Below, piece by piece: positions 1-14,700 of a DNA stretch of 64,000 nucleotides. The notes below the pieces were generated by a model. That model was not told the DNA's origin, did no database searches, and saw nothing but the letters and a program-made list of their open reading frames with translations. The stretch comes from Tubulanus polymorphus. Taxonomy: Eukaryota; Animalia; Nemertea. The DNA is taken from contig NC_134030.1 of NCBI RefSeq assembly GCF_964204645.1, forward strand, positions 9,389,222-9,453,221, in the 5' to 3' direction. Position numbers and translations under genes: made by a program. The first letter of the stretch is position 1. The number at the start of each line of letters is the position of its first letter.

Positions 1-338
1 GATTTAAAATCAATGTAGATATTAAACACAAGCGAATCGTCGTAAAATGGAACGCGCTTGTGACCATGAAATGATTATTGACCGTGAGGTCTATCAAAAT
101 TTCAACTAATAAATTCCATTGTTAATATGTTAGGTTTTGGTGATTTAGCACTTGCTTTATTTTCAGAATACATTTCAAGACAAAGGCTAAAATTAAGTGT
201 GTATAATATATCCAGAAATGACTGAATATTTCCCTAATTTTGGCCATAAGACCAGCCAATTCTTAGCTCCACGTAACTATGCCACCAAAAGCCCAACAGA
301 TAAACGAGTCTTTTATTTTTCTTCGTTCATCTTTTTAC

Positions 339-2296
339 CTGTCGTTCAGTGAGATCCAACGCTACTGCGATCTCGTACCTCCGTAACCGCGTCAGGTAAT
401 TGTGTATTGCGAATTCTTTTTCCAACTCCTTGATTTGATGCTTCGTAAAAGCGGTTCGTTCTTTCCGCGGCTTCGTCGCCAAGTCCATTTGGTACGACGA
501 CTCCGAGCCGCTAGTTCCTGAAAGAAATTACATGACATACGTTATCCCGCAGTGGAGGGCGGAAGAAAAAACCAAATCAGTTTTCGCGATCTTCGTTAAG
601 TTACGCGATGAAATTCAGAAAGTGGAATTAACCTGGGCCCGGTTCCGCAGGGCGTAGTTGTCCCTTAATTATGATTAAATCACTAATCATAATTAAATCA
701 TTATAAGTTAGGTATTTCAGTAAACGTAATCAACTTCGATTATGATTAAGTCAATTTCAAAAATCAATTCTCTTCTAGAGCAAAATTAGATCATTCATTG
801 CTATATCTATGCGATTAAGATATCAAGAATGGTAGGCGCCTATGCGTTGTTTAAGATTATAGGTAAAAAGTAATTGTATTCTTTTAACGAATCGAAGTAT
901 CCCCGATATGAAGAGATGCCCGCGAAACTTTTCCGTAGCAACCGCCCTTAGGAAAGCAACAATAACAAAACGACATAGTAGCTACAGTATGTCTATTTGG
1001 CGTTAGCGTTATTGCGTCAGTTGTATTTATTTTACGGCCACGCATCTATTTTGTTTTAGGTATCTAACTCGGCTTCGATACAGTAAATGTCCCGCGGCGA
1101 AGTTATCCACGCTGACAGAATCATTTGGAAATTTGGAAATTACTTTTTTTACCTGACTGGTAGAATGATATTAATTTCAGTATTCAGAGTTGATAAGTAA
1201 ACATCCACGTTGACGATTGTAAAACCATTTTTTTATAGCAGTTTCGGGGTTTTGACTAAACTCCATCACCAGAGAAACCAAGATAACATAATAAATAACA
1301 TAGTACAGTTATCATTTTCAAAAGTAATTTTCAAATTATTGTTTATAATCATTATTTTGTTATTTTCGTTTCTCCGATCATGGAGTTAAGTCTAAACTGC
1401 GAAACTGGGAAACTCCGAAACTGGGATTAATCAACAACTCAGCGTTTTTACTAATCAACTTTGTGCTTATTCGGGTTCCTATTCAAAGTTTCTATATCGC
1501 ACGTATTGCGTTTTAAAAATCTAATTATTCTGTTTTCTTATTATATCGTTGAACATCGATGAGATTGTATTCGATTGGCCCTGGATCATTTTCTCGGTAC
1601 GTTTTAAATCGGTTTGCAAAAAACGCGTGTCTGGTGGTAAGGTTTTGACAGCCTTGTCACTCTTTCACTTGTCCGTGAAATTGAGTTTGTAAACCTCGCA
1701 GCCGAGGAGAACATAGCGCTTCCATTGCATCTGCATATATACGACGGGATATTTCCCGTTTTGCTCGTGTTTTACCATGAAAAGAAATGTTACACTTGGA
1801 TCTAGACGAATCCAAATGATTTTAACGGATGGTTACCTGGTGATGATCTTTGGTCGCTGTTATTCAACAGAATATTACCCTTTAACCCGTTGTCTATTAA
1901 ATTACTGAAATTCTGATGGGGATAATTCCCGTAAACGCCGCACGGCGAATAACCATTGTTCGTGACGTAATCGTTGCGCATCGTCTGCTGGTCACCGTTG
2001 CAGACCATCGCGGCGGTCTGTTGGCCGCCGTAACTGTACGTGGAAGCCGGCAGCAGACCGGTCGTGCCCGATAGCGTAGTCGTAGGGCACGACGGCGGCG
2101 CCGGGCCCGATAACGCGGTCGACCACGACTCGCCGGTGCAGTAGTTCAACGTCGACGTGCCGTAAACCGGTGGCAATGACCCGGTGGCTGCCGGCGCTTG
2201 TAAATGCTGCAGTCCGCCGTAGTTATTACCGAGTGGTGGATAGTGATGTAACGTCGGTGCCCCGGTGTTCATTGGTCCGTAGATCCTTTGGTCCAT
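339..2296 (-). CDS. MEOX: Mox/Meox homeobox transcription factor (partial; last exon lies beyond the window start)
   Basis: Exon 1 2296..1837 (ATG of MDQRIYGPM, phase-1 donor G|GTAACC) splices in frame to exon 2 517..339, encoding [71 protein letters not shown] and [14 protein letters not shown] are diagnostic of Mox/Meox homeodomains. The intron falls before VKVWFQN. The start codon is inferred. Confidence 0.93.
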
Positions 2297-3856
2297 TTTG
2301 AAACCGGCGGAAAGATGATTATGATCGAATGAATCTCTCGAACAACCTATTTCATCTCCACACGAATTTATTTTGAAGTTTCCGAAGCCGTTGTTGTCTG
2401 AATCTAATGATAATCCAATAATTCCGCAATTCACGTATTTAATCTTCCATCCATACGAATGAATTGAATCTATTGATCGGTTATCGGTCGTAGTTTCTCG
2501 CGTTCCCGAGATCTTATCCGTGTTTATTGCCGATCTTATCCTAGTTAATCGGTGTAAACCCGCCGCAAGTGATAAGTATGTACTTTCTCGCTATACTGAT
2601 AAGAGAGCGTATCCCATCCATAGGATACATCCTATATATTTGACCCGTCTATCAATTCCCGGCGCTGCAACCAATCGAGAGGCCGCTTACTGACAGAGGA
2701 GGTGCGAAAGAAGTTACACGTCCATCTATCATCCTGTTCACGGGTTCCTGTAGAGTACCATGATCGTAGCAGAACAAAGGCCAGACGAATTTAGTATTCG
2801 TTTCAAGGTGCATGAATAACGTCATTTGTTTTTACGAGATTCGCAAGAAAATATCAGATAGAAATGTGTTTCATTATTCTTGAAGCAAACTCTTCAATTT
2901 TCAAAGGGAATTGTCAAGCGAAATGCTTCTTGGCGGTGCAATGCAGCAACAAATGGTTTAATGGACCATTATAATTTCTGTATTTTTCAGGGAGAGGAAC
3001 GTTCATGAAAAAAAAACAATCTCACAGAATGATGTTAGTCCTGTATATAGTTTGTTTTGTGTTATGTGTATATTTCATGATTATCCACTTGAGCGTATTT
3101 TGTATATACACTACTTTTCATCTTAGAAAAAAGCCGAAATAACTGGAAATGGTCTTTGGTGCATCCATTCCAATCCCTAGGCCACAATCAGGTACATTCA
3201 TTTATTGCGATCAACAAGATGGTTTGAAATAAAATCGGAATATAAAAATCCCGGTGTGAAGAGTTTCAGTCGGTAGAATAATTAATTCATATACCAATAA
3301 ACTATTTGTCTATGCAATCCGGGGTCCTACCATGTTCACCGGACGATGTAAATGAATATACAAATGTGCATAAATGAAATATGTTACTTTTATTTATGCA
3401 AGAAACGCGCTTACAGGAATCCGGTATATAAGCTCAATAAGACCTGCCGATGTCGTTCAGTCAACGGGGACTTCCAACACGCGGCAGGTTAGTGAGCGCT
3501 TTCGTAGAAATCTCTGGAAAATTATCTGTGCCTATATCCAAATAGAAACACTGTAAGAGTCCTTTATAATGCCACTGTTGGGACCACTGAAAAATATGGC
3601 ATTATCAAGCATTTGACATTTTAAAGAATGGCGTTTTCATTGATTTGAGTAAATTTGTTCTCCGAAAACATCGTGGCGTTAAGAGAGCTGTGGCATTAAA
3701 AAAATTGGCGTTATAACGGACTTTGACTGTATTGTCACATTTATTATGTGGAATAGATGTTACGAATTGAAAGACTTTTCATTTCGAAAAAAACATGGTT
3801 ATGTATGAATAATCATTATAACCTTATGTTTCAGATCGTAACAAAATCATTCAAAC

Positions 3857-4769
<913 letters not shown>

Positions 4770-5787
4770 AAAGCATAAAATGCATCGTTCCAAATTCTTG
4801 TAGTCTTCTACTCAATCACTATAGATAAACAAAATATAGAATAACATAACCGAGCCTCTGTTGTTATTGCTCTGGGTCTTCATGGAAACGACGCGGTGCC
4901 CAAGTTCACCAACAGTCTCCTCTCTGCGTTGGTCCAATTTAATTGATTTTGTAAAATACTGTAGTACATGAAATATATTGATGGCAGGTGGAGTTATTCC
5001 GATGGAGTATTGTTATACTAAGGCTTTTTCGTGATGGTGCCGAGTTTCGGCCACTTTTCGAGTGTCAATGATTTCGTAATAGGAGATGTAGAGAGAATAA
5101 GATTTATGAATTTTCTTACAAGATTTGGTATCTAGAGAAACGCTACTTCACACGTTTGTTGGAGGTACATGTATAGATTTGGCATTTGAGGCCAAATGCC
5201 GGCCAACCTAAAACTGGTTCAAATCGGCAACGGTTGGATTTCCCTATTTTTTCTCACACGGCGTTAAAACGCTGCTTTTTGTCAGACATAAATAAACACC
5301 AATTTTACCGAACAAGGAAGTATTTCGCAAATCGATATATGACGTCATGCGCAACAGCGCCAGTAATGAAATCACGCTTCGTGAGGCCAGGGGGCTGGTG
5401 GAAGCGAGTTCGGGAGTGATACCGGACCCCTGGCAAGCGAGGATGCTTTGAGCCATGGATAAGCTGCTTTCAGTTCAGATCATAGCTAAAGATCACACAT
5501 CGACATTACCCGCTGAGAATTCAAATTCAATTCAATTTAGTTAATTTACTCAATAAAGCAAAAAAAGAGATTATATAGCAATCTATGCCGGCCCATGGAC
5601 TCTAGTCCTTGGCCGACCTAACACATCTTACTGTCTGCATGCTGAACGTTAGCACCCAAGAAAAAAACATCAACAATACAAACAAGGAGGAAACAAATAT
5701 TGTGGCGCTACCTATCAATAACATCTATACCCAAAATAGACTGGTTTCCGGTCTCTGAATCGGACAGGCAACCAGTCTATACCCAAA

Positions 5788-8700
5788 ATGGCCGCTACCG
5801 TGCGAAAGCGAAACAACAGCGGAGCGGTACTCTCCGTTGTTTTGATTTTATATTTCGCTTCTTGTATACAGAGGCTGAGTTGTGTTCGCCATGGAATTAG
5901 ATCTAAAACGTTGCACATGCCGCCTGTGGCTGAGGAGGAGGAACGCGGCCGATACGTCTTGACTAAGGATGAAAACGATGGAAATTTTCACCACCACCAC
6001 AACAAAAAAACGACGACGACCCGCAACAACCCGGAAGTAAATGACGACAATGACGATGACGGGCTCGAATTTAAAAAATTCATAGCGAGGAATGATGATG
6101 GTGATATAAAGCAATCCGTCAGGGGTGATGGGTTAAAATTCGTGCCACGCCATCCCCACCATCATCGCCGCAGTAGACGCGCCGTGCCCCAACAATCACA
6201 TAACACTCCCGAAAGTAGAGTGAACTTAACAACGGTAGGTCAATTCTAAACGAAATGGATATTTTACCGTATACGGCAAAGTGTTTACTTCCGCTATTTT
6301 ACTGTACATCATTGCTTCATATATTATTAACTCATAAAAGTAACAAAATCATTTTCATTATCAACCCATTGCTGAATTTGAGCTGAAATATGAGCGGAAA
6401 ATGGACTCGCCAACCTACGCTACCTTGCGACTGCCAGCGACGGGTTGCGACGCCAGTCGCAGTGAGTCGCACATGTTCTACTTTCTGTGACGCGACCGTC
6501 GCAACAAACCTACGCGTTCTTGTGACTGGGAGCAACTAGTCGCACATGGTCGCTGACAATCACATTGCAACCGACTTACGCCCCCACTTGTGACGCAACG
6601 ATCGCGTCATAAATGATAAGAACTTCATCGTTTAAAGTTATGTTTCATCCAATCCTACTTCAAAGTTTATAGAAGAAAGGAGTCCAAGATTGATTAGGCA
6701 TAGTGATAGGCCTACTCTAATTTACTTTGTTGATTGCCACAGGGGAGAAGTCAGTAACCTGTCTGTGGTTTAGTTTCACGATAGGATATTTTACAAACCA
6801 CTTCATAGATCAATGTCGGGTGGAATTTTCACATGTGATTTTCAAAAGGGCACTTGATCAGAAAGGGGGGTTTGGAGACCCCCAAACCCCCTCTAGATCT
6901 GTGCCTACGTGCTGTTGCTATTGTTCCAAAAATTAGCTGGGAAAACTAAGGCAGGAAGAGCCTGACAAAATTACGTCATAATAGGGATGCCGTGTCACCA
7001 CGGATACGGTGGTGTGACAGCCAGCCAATAAGGAAGCGGCATTCGAGAATTGTTCAGCCTCGATTTGCAAACATTTAGTCCAAATCGAGGCTAAGAAAAT
7101 TATTGTTAATTTTCCACTCAAAAACGGGCTTAGGAAACCCAGCAGAAAATGAGTGGATGATAAGCGGAAAGGGGGACACATTCCGCTCAAATTCAGCTCA
7201 TTTTCCATATGCTACAAATGTTGAATTCCGCTCGTTGTCAGTGAATTTCCGCTTAAATTCAACTATTTTTCAGCATTAAATTTTCCGCACTCTCGATGGG
7301 CTGATAGTGTTTATTGGGTTTATAGGTGTATAAATTTGGAATTGAATTGGTTCCGATGGGTTTAGGATCTAAATGACCCAGAGCGTTAGGGTTATTGTCC
7401 GTTTTATCCCTAGGGATAGGGTTAGGGAAAGGTTAGGTGCTATATGTAGTTAAAACATTCGTTGGGTTTTCAGCGTACTCGGTGGTCTAGTGGTATGATG
7501 CTGCGCTAGTAATTTACTGGCCCGGGTTCGAGTCTTGCTCTATTTTCTCTAACTCTGTTCTCCACACTTTCCTTGAAGACCTGTAGGCGCATGCGCAGCA
7601 TAAATGAGCAAATCAGCGACGATGTACGGTAAAATAGTGGAAGACACTCCGCTATATATGGTAAAATATCCACTGCCTAAGCTAAAAGGCTAATTCATTG
7701 ATTGAATTTTGGAGGTGACGATTCATGTTGCCTTAATGGCATTATTCTTAGTCCTGTTAGCGTTACGGGGGAACCTTACTGTGGATTGAGTATTCCCAAG
7801 CTGCTTAATCGGCCTTACCTGATTAGGAATATAACAACCAAAGACCTGTCTAATGATTTAAGACCACCAGGGCTGCTTAAAACTGTACTTTTTGGGGTTT
7901 CAAGTTTAATGCGTTAAACCAAGTCAACATACTAAAAAGGAAATCTACCATATAAATAGAAAATAGGGTAAATCCCTACTTAAAGAATAAAAGAATAAAA
8001 ATCAAGCGGGTAATTAAGTTAGATGAAAATTAACACATGAACACTTTTTGAACCTCTTTTTGTCAGTGTTGTAATGTATATAAATATTATGCGTATCTAT
8101 CAGTAAAAAAAGATAATTAACCAAAAATGTTCTTTTATTTCAAAAAGTTTGGTTCTTGTATTTACAGTTCGCGTTGTATGTAAATAAATATTATGCGTAT
8201 CTATCAGTAAAAAAAGATAATTAACCAAAAATGTTCTTTTATTTCAAAAAGTTTGGTTCTTGTATTTACAGTTCGCGTTGAACGACAGCCATCATCAATT
8301 GATCGTTCACTGGGCAGGCGTACGCAGTCCGGTTATCATCGCGCTAGCGAGAAACTTAGAGTCACCGTCGGGTCCTGCTACGTCGAGCAATCTCTACGTG
8401 TCACGCGATTACGGCAAAAACTTCACCAAATGCAGGCTGCGCGTCGACTGGTTTACGACGAGCCGGGAGGTCATCGTCAACCAGTTCTACAACAGTCCTG
8501 CGTTTAACAGCTGGGTAAGATTTATAAAAACAACCAAAATCTGTTTTAGTATCCTGGAAAGGTTTCTTAGTTCCATCTTTAATTAGAGATTTATAGATAT
8601 TTGTAATAGATCTCTGAGGTTTAATCGAAGAAATCATTCTCCGAAACGTCAGAACTGGCAGGGTTCCTATGACTCCGTGATTCCTTAAAAAACTCCTTCT

Positions 8701-11700
8701 TAATAGAAAACGTACTTGGAACATCTTCAATTTGAGTAAACTGCCCAAAACTCCTTCAATTTTCAGAATGGGCAAATTAGAAATTTTAGAAGTTGTACAG
8801 TAAATAGACCTAATGCGCCTAAATCAGTACCAGTTGAGACCAGGATTTGTTGCCCAAATAGTTGGTTACTGAATATAATTAAAAAGGATAGGAATTTGCT
8901 AACAAAACCATTGATTTACTAAAATAAAAAGCACCGATTTAGGAGTCTACTGTAATTGGGAATTTTCTCCTTTAAAACTCTTGAAAACTCCTTATATCCA
9001 GGAATGACTGATATGTGGGACCCTGATTAGAGGATTTTGATGTTTTTGTTAGATTATGGGCAGCCAATCCATGCTCCTAGTAATTAAAAAAGGCCTTTGC
9101 CACTCGTGTGAGTAATATTCATTTTTCGTACGGATTATATTTTCAGTACTTGTTCACGGATCTGCAGCACAAACTAGTGATATCTACGCGTAACAATCTA
9201 ACTACGTTTCTACAGTCGAGGGTCGAGATACAGCCGAAAACGCTGACTATCTCTCCCGACGACACCAACCTCGTTATGATCTACGACGAATCGGATCGCG
9301 AAAAACGAGTAAGTAATCCGAACCGGAACGTCAGATACGACGAACATCCAATGCCGAATATCAAGCGTTATAACCGATAGTTTGTTGAATGGTCTGTAGG
9401 ATTCCTTAAAAAACCTCTTCTACAAAAGGAATATATGCTTTTAAAGGTACTTGAAACTGTGAAAGTGACGCTGTGCGGACACTCCTCGAAATTTGAAATT
9501 TTCTCCTTTGATACTTAAGCCCTAACTACTTTAAAACGGCTTATATCCAGGAATGACTGATCTGTAGGGATTGCATGCAAATCATTCGGATTAACAGGGT
9601 TAGCTGTATTAATTTGACAGTGTAATAATTAGGCCTACATCGTAGTTATACAATTAGAAATGGATGTATTCGTTTAGCTGGTTCTCTGGTTCAGTGTCAT
9701 CACCAAACTTGTCATTTCTTTTGATAGACTACGTACACTGTGAATGATTTTCCATGCCAGATCATCGCAGGAACTGCTTATTGATTAAACGTTTATCATA
9801 TTTTCAGTTGTACTATTCGAAGAACTTTGGAAACACGTGGCAGCTGCTGTCTTCCGGAGTGAAGTCGTTTTTCTGGTTCGTTTAATTCGATTTATGGATT
9901 GAATAACGCAATCGGCGCCCGATTTCATGAGAAATTTTTAAGATGATAAGATTTTTCTCCGTATTGGTTCTCAGGCTTCCATTATGAGACCCTTATTTTC
10001 ATACTGTCCGTCTGTGTGTATTTGTGTTTCAGCTACTTAGCTTCGTTAAAATTAAGTCGATCTTGATGAAACTTGGGTACAATATTAGTACGAAGGCACG
10101 GGCCCAGTGCGCCAGCTAGCGGCATAACTAGTAGGCACTAAAAACTGTTTTTTAGTGACATGATCTTGAAGATGATCTCATAACTGAGGAACGGGGTCGA
10201 AATTCAAGTTGTCTTTAATTCAAAAATTTTGCTATTGGCCCTAGATATAAAAACATATCCAAAATGCAATGGGAACTAACGCATGGGAATTTTTGAATTG
10301 GAGCCTGAGTCCGAGTACCGTTCGTCTGTGGCTTGTTTCTTCACTAACTGTCTCTTGTTTTTCAGGGGCAAGTACCCGTACGACCCGATCGGAACGGTTT
10401 ACATCGAACGCACGTCGTTTCATCACCTGTTCGGCGTTGTCGTCAAAACACAAATCCGCAACGAACGTATCGCGTTCGAAACGATCTTCACGAACGTTCA
10501 AGATTTCGACATGCGCGACAATTATATGTTCGCCACCACCCGTCCGAGCTTGGTAAGTTTGACGACATCTTTTCGATTCGATTTTGTTATTGTGTAATTG
10601 ACTTGTTGGTTGTTTTATTATTGCGGGGTTTATTATGGCCATTAAAAGCAGTAAATGTAGAAAAAAAGATTTCGCAGCCTTGAATAGCTGTGAATTTTCA
10701 AGCATGGGCCTTGAAAATGAAGGGAGGGTTGTGAAAAATGCTATTGAGGACAGTCGAAAACGATTTATTCATTTAATATCTAGTTTATATGCCTACAATT
10801 AAACACTCCATGTTGCAAAGATAGTATAAAATCCAAGAATGAAAGCGAGTCTGAAATGCTTTCTTCAGCGCAGCTAATATCTAATTCATGCGATGTTTGG
10901 ACTAATATCCTGATGGTCATTCGCAGAAATACAGTATTCCTGAAGATGACTATCAGAATATTTGAGATATCGAAAATCGAATTTCGCTCAAGAAAACCAT
11001 TGCAGACTGTTGTTCTCTGTGTGGGATTGAATATTTATGATGACCGGGTAATATCAATTTCTGCTTGAAATTTTGAAGTAATAATGGTAGGCCTATAGAA
11101 ATTAATAATATTATTTAGATGGTTCCTCCAGAATGTCTCGTGTGTCATGAAGTTACCCGGCCGATTGAGGGATGAAAAACTGGGCCCTGATAATACATGT
11201 TATTATAGGCTGAATTCGTAGATGTTTTTGTACAATTCTGGGCATAACTAGGCGTACATATATCTACATACTACGTGATTTTACAGGCTAGCCCGCATCA
11301 CGAACTGTACATTTCCTACAATCGTAGTCAACGTTTGCATCGAGCTATGATAGGCGGACGAAATACCACTAATATGGTTGGTACAAAATGACCGCGTCGG
11401 CTCGTAGTCTGACTGTACTCTAGCTCTTTAATCTTAGACACCCATCAACAATAATTGTACAGCCTAGAAATGAAAGATATTCAATGAACTTCTCTGCGCA
11501 ATCTAGACAGGAAAAGAGTTTCTGATGCCTCTGGATAGCGTCTATTGCCTTTCCGCTGAACGCACAAATTTTAATTTAAGAATACGACTATTATCTGAAT
11601 ATGTCGTCATATCTGCTGACAGATGGTCTGTAGCTATTTGCGCAGACAATGGCTGCTAGCATACCAGTGGAACTACTAAGTGCGTTTCTAGGCTGTACAA

Positions 11701-14700
11701 CTTTTTTTTAAATCGATTATGACATAGCATTTATATATATACAATTTTTATTCCCGATTTATTTCCGTCTAAAATCATAAACTGCCTGTAACGCATTCGC
11801 TGCCAGCTACGAGTATGATCGAACCGTCGGCTCTGTCACCGGAGCCACTACGAGTATTAATACTGTACCTGATTCTACAGCGGTTGTTGATTGGCTGGCA
11901 ATGCGAACAATGTCTGCTTCAATCATTCTAAATAGCCAATGGTCTATTATGAGCAAGGGCTATGCTCCAGGAGCAACCTAAAAGTGTATGGAGTAGTTTA
12001 TTTAACAAATATTTGTATATACCAAGATGAATGATTCAGCTATATATTACACAAAGAGCACGAAGCTCAAAACCGTGTACCTTCAAGTATATTCGGAGCG
12101 GCAATGGGGACGTACTGTGGGTATCACAGTGGCAGCGAACGTGCTTATCGGTGTTGGCCAGGATCCAGTTCAATCGTTTTCAGTTTCAGTTTATTCCAGG
12201 GTTGAAATTACATTGTAGTTCATATGCGACAATGTTTTAACTATAGAAGAGTCAAAATTTAACCTACGCAACAGATGAACCGGGTCCTGTGTGTTGAATA
12301 ATACAAACATGTGCGCTTTCTTCAACACCGTATTGTAATGACAGTCGACTATGCTTACCTCAACTGTACTTTTTTCCAATTAGTTTTCGGTTGTTATTTG
12401 TATATGTGCTTAACTTCGATGTCTCAATTTGTCCGAAGTCGGTTGAGGTCAGCAGAAAGAACTGTCAGAGCGAATGTCTATACTAGTGCAGATCAGGATG
12501 GTCTACGACGAACTCAAATATGATTTTTTCTTCCGATCATTGAATACATTTTTCATTACTTAGCAAATGAAGCTGAATGATTAATACACCATGTATGTTT
12601 CAATGTGTACAATAACACAACATACATATAACACAATGTGTGGGTATCGCCTTTAGTATAGACATTCGGTTTAATGTAAATGATTGGGTCCCACGTTTTA
12701 TAGACTAGTCATCGTTTGAATGATTTGCTATGTTTTGATTCAAACTATGTTCCCATAAACGGGAACATCCTTGCATCGGTTGTGGAATTAAATGGCCACT
12801 ATGTTTTCCTGGATGCGCCTCCAGGGGGACAAATGAGACTCGTACAAGTCCATCAAATTTTTTTTTGATGTGCCCTTTTTCATTTTGTCAACAAAGATAA
12901 TTGCTGCATCAGTGTGGGAGTACGCTATTGATGAGATTGCCTTTTTGGACAACAATTCGAAGTTCCCTTTTCGACTTGACAAATTCTTCAAAATTAGCAC
13001 CTCATTGTGGGAGTCGCCATAGCTGCATCCCTTTTTGGACATCAAAGTGCCCTTTTGGGTTTTGACAATTCCTTCAAAATTGGCCTCTGGATCGGCCCTC
13101 GGCGTTCGATGACTTTCTATAAGACCGGCCCTATATAATAGTGTGTTGAAGTGCCGATTTAATTAACGACGATTGATTTTCGAAGCTGCTTTTTTCACGA
13201 GTTTTAATTTTTGCTGAGCACTCCCAACGATCCTAACCACCGATCTTCTATTTCTCTTCTATTTCTCCCTTACGTTACACGCTTTGCTGTTTGATCGTTA
13301 ACGCCTATAACTGTAATCAGCCATTGGCGTCGCCAAACTCAAGTCATCTCGAATTGTGGGTGTCGCGTAACCATAGCCATTTTCAGAAGGCTATAATTCC
13401 GGGTAATAATACCAACGAGGTAAGTACAGTGTTTATTTTTTCGAAATCTACAGGGTTCGTACGACTCCTTGATTCCTTCGAAATGGGAAAAGGTGCTTGA
13501 AACTCCTTTAATTTGAGCAAAATGCCCGAAACTCCTTTAGAATTCAATTCCCTATGGTTTAAGTCTTCTCGGCCATTTGCGTACTAGTCTCGTCAATTCA
13601 GGGTTCAAATCCTGGTGGGGGAAGAATTTTTTGGCCCTTCTCTTCCTTCAAGGAACTTTGGTCTGCTCTGAATAGTGCTCAGTGGATTAACGGATGGAGA
13701 AGAATTGCATTATTTCCAAGACCTTTGTCATAATGTCCCCGATGACAGAGCTACTATGTAATTCCTATTTCCATATTGGCTGTACCGGTATGTCCCATTA
13801 TAGAACTTGTATGTTCCTGTAGATCAGAACTTGGCAACAAATAACACCACCTAATCTGGATATTGAAAAAGCTATCTTGTTTGTTGTTGTCGATCGTAAC
13901 AACGCATTTTGGTCATGATCATGAGTGTCTGGATAGATTCTTCCTGGATGCCTTGCCGAAGGTCGTAGATCCTCTAATTTCACCATGATCAGAACTTAGG
14001 CAACAATGATACCACCTGATCTGGATCTCGAAAAAAAAAGTATCTATTTTGAAATTACTGGACCGCTTTTACAGTTATCGATCATAAAGGCACATAATGG
14101 TCAGGATCGTTGAGTGTAGATAAATTCTTCCTGGATGCCTTCCTGAATTTGTATAAAGAAAAAATTCTGTTTGGAAAATGTCGAATGATAAACAAAGGCA
14201 TCACTTTTATCATGATCGTGAACGACTTAGTATGTATAATGGTATAGTGGTTTTGATAATCGGGCATGAACCAAACCAGGAACATTATTCGTAGGCCTAC
14301 ATTTAGCATTGAGTCATCGGACGATTAATGTTGAAAAATAAAAACGCCTTGAATAGAACGCTTATAGAACTAGACTGCCTATGAATTTGCGATCGATTTG
14401 GCCGATTGCCATTCCGTTCTACCGGTACCTGAAATCTGAATGACTTTATTTTTAAATGCGACGAGTTATCGTGCAAGAATAGATAAATCACTCGAAACTA
14501 TATGAACTTTCAAGTTTTGTAACTTTCGTATATAAAGTTTAAGCAATTTATGAATTTGACCAGTTCTATACCCATAAATATTGGACAAAAACACCACTGA
14601 TCGAAATACTGTAGAATATTACATTATTCTTGGAAATGATGAATATTCAGGTGTCATTTTTGTTCCAAGATAACCAGCCCTTTCTGGCAATCTTAAAAAC

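Noticed and set aside
1-338. Final Mox exon (VKVWFQNRRMK)
   Set aside because: No such coding sequence was found in these bases; it must lie outside the window.
7473-7540. Functional tRNA gene
   Set aside because: A and B boxes are present but the cloverleaf stems do not form.
12375-12520. Fourth exon-6 paralog ([17 protein letters not shown])
   Set aside because: Similarity is too weak and there are no matching splice sites.
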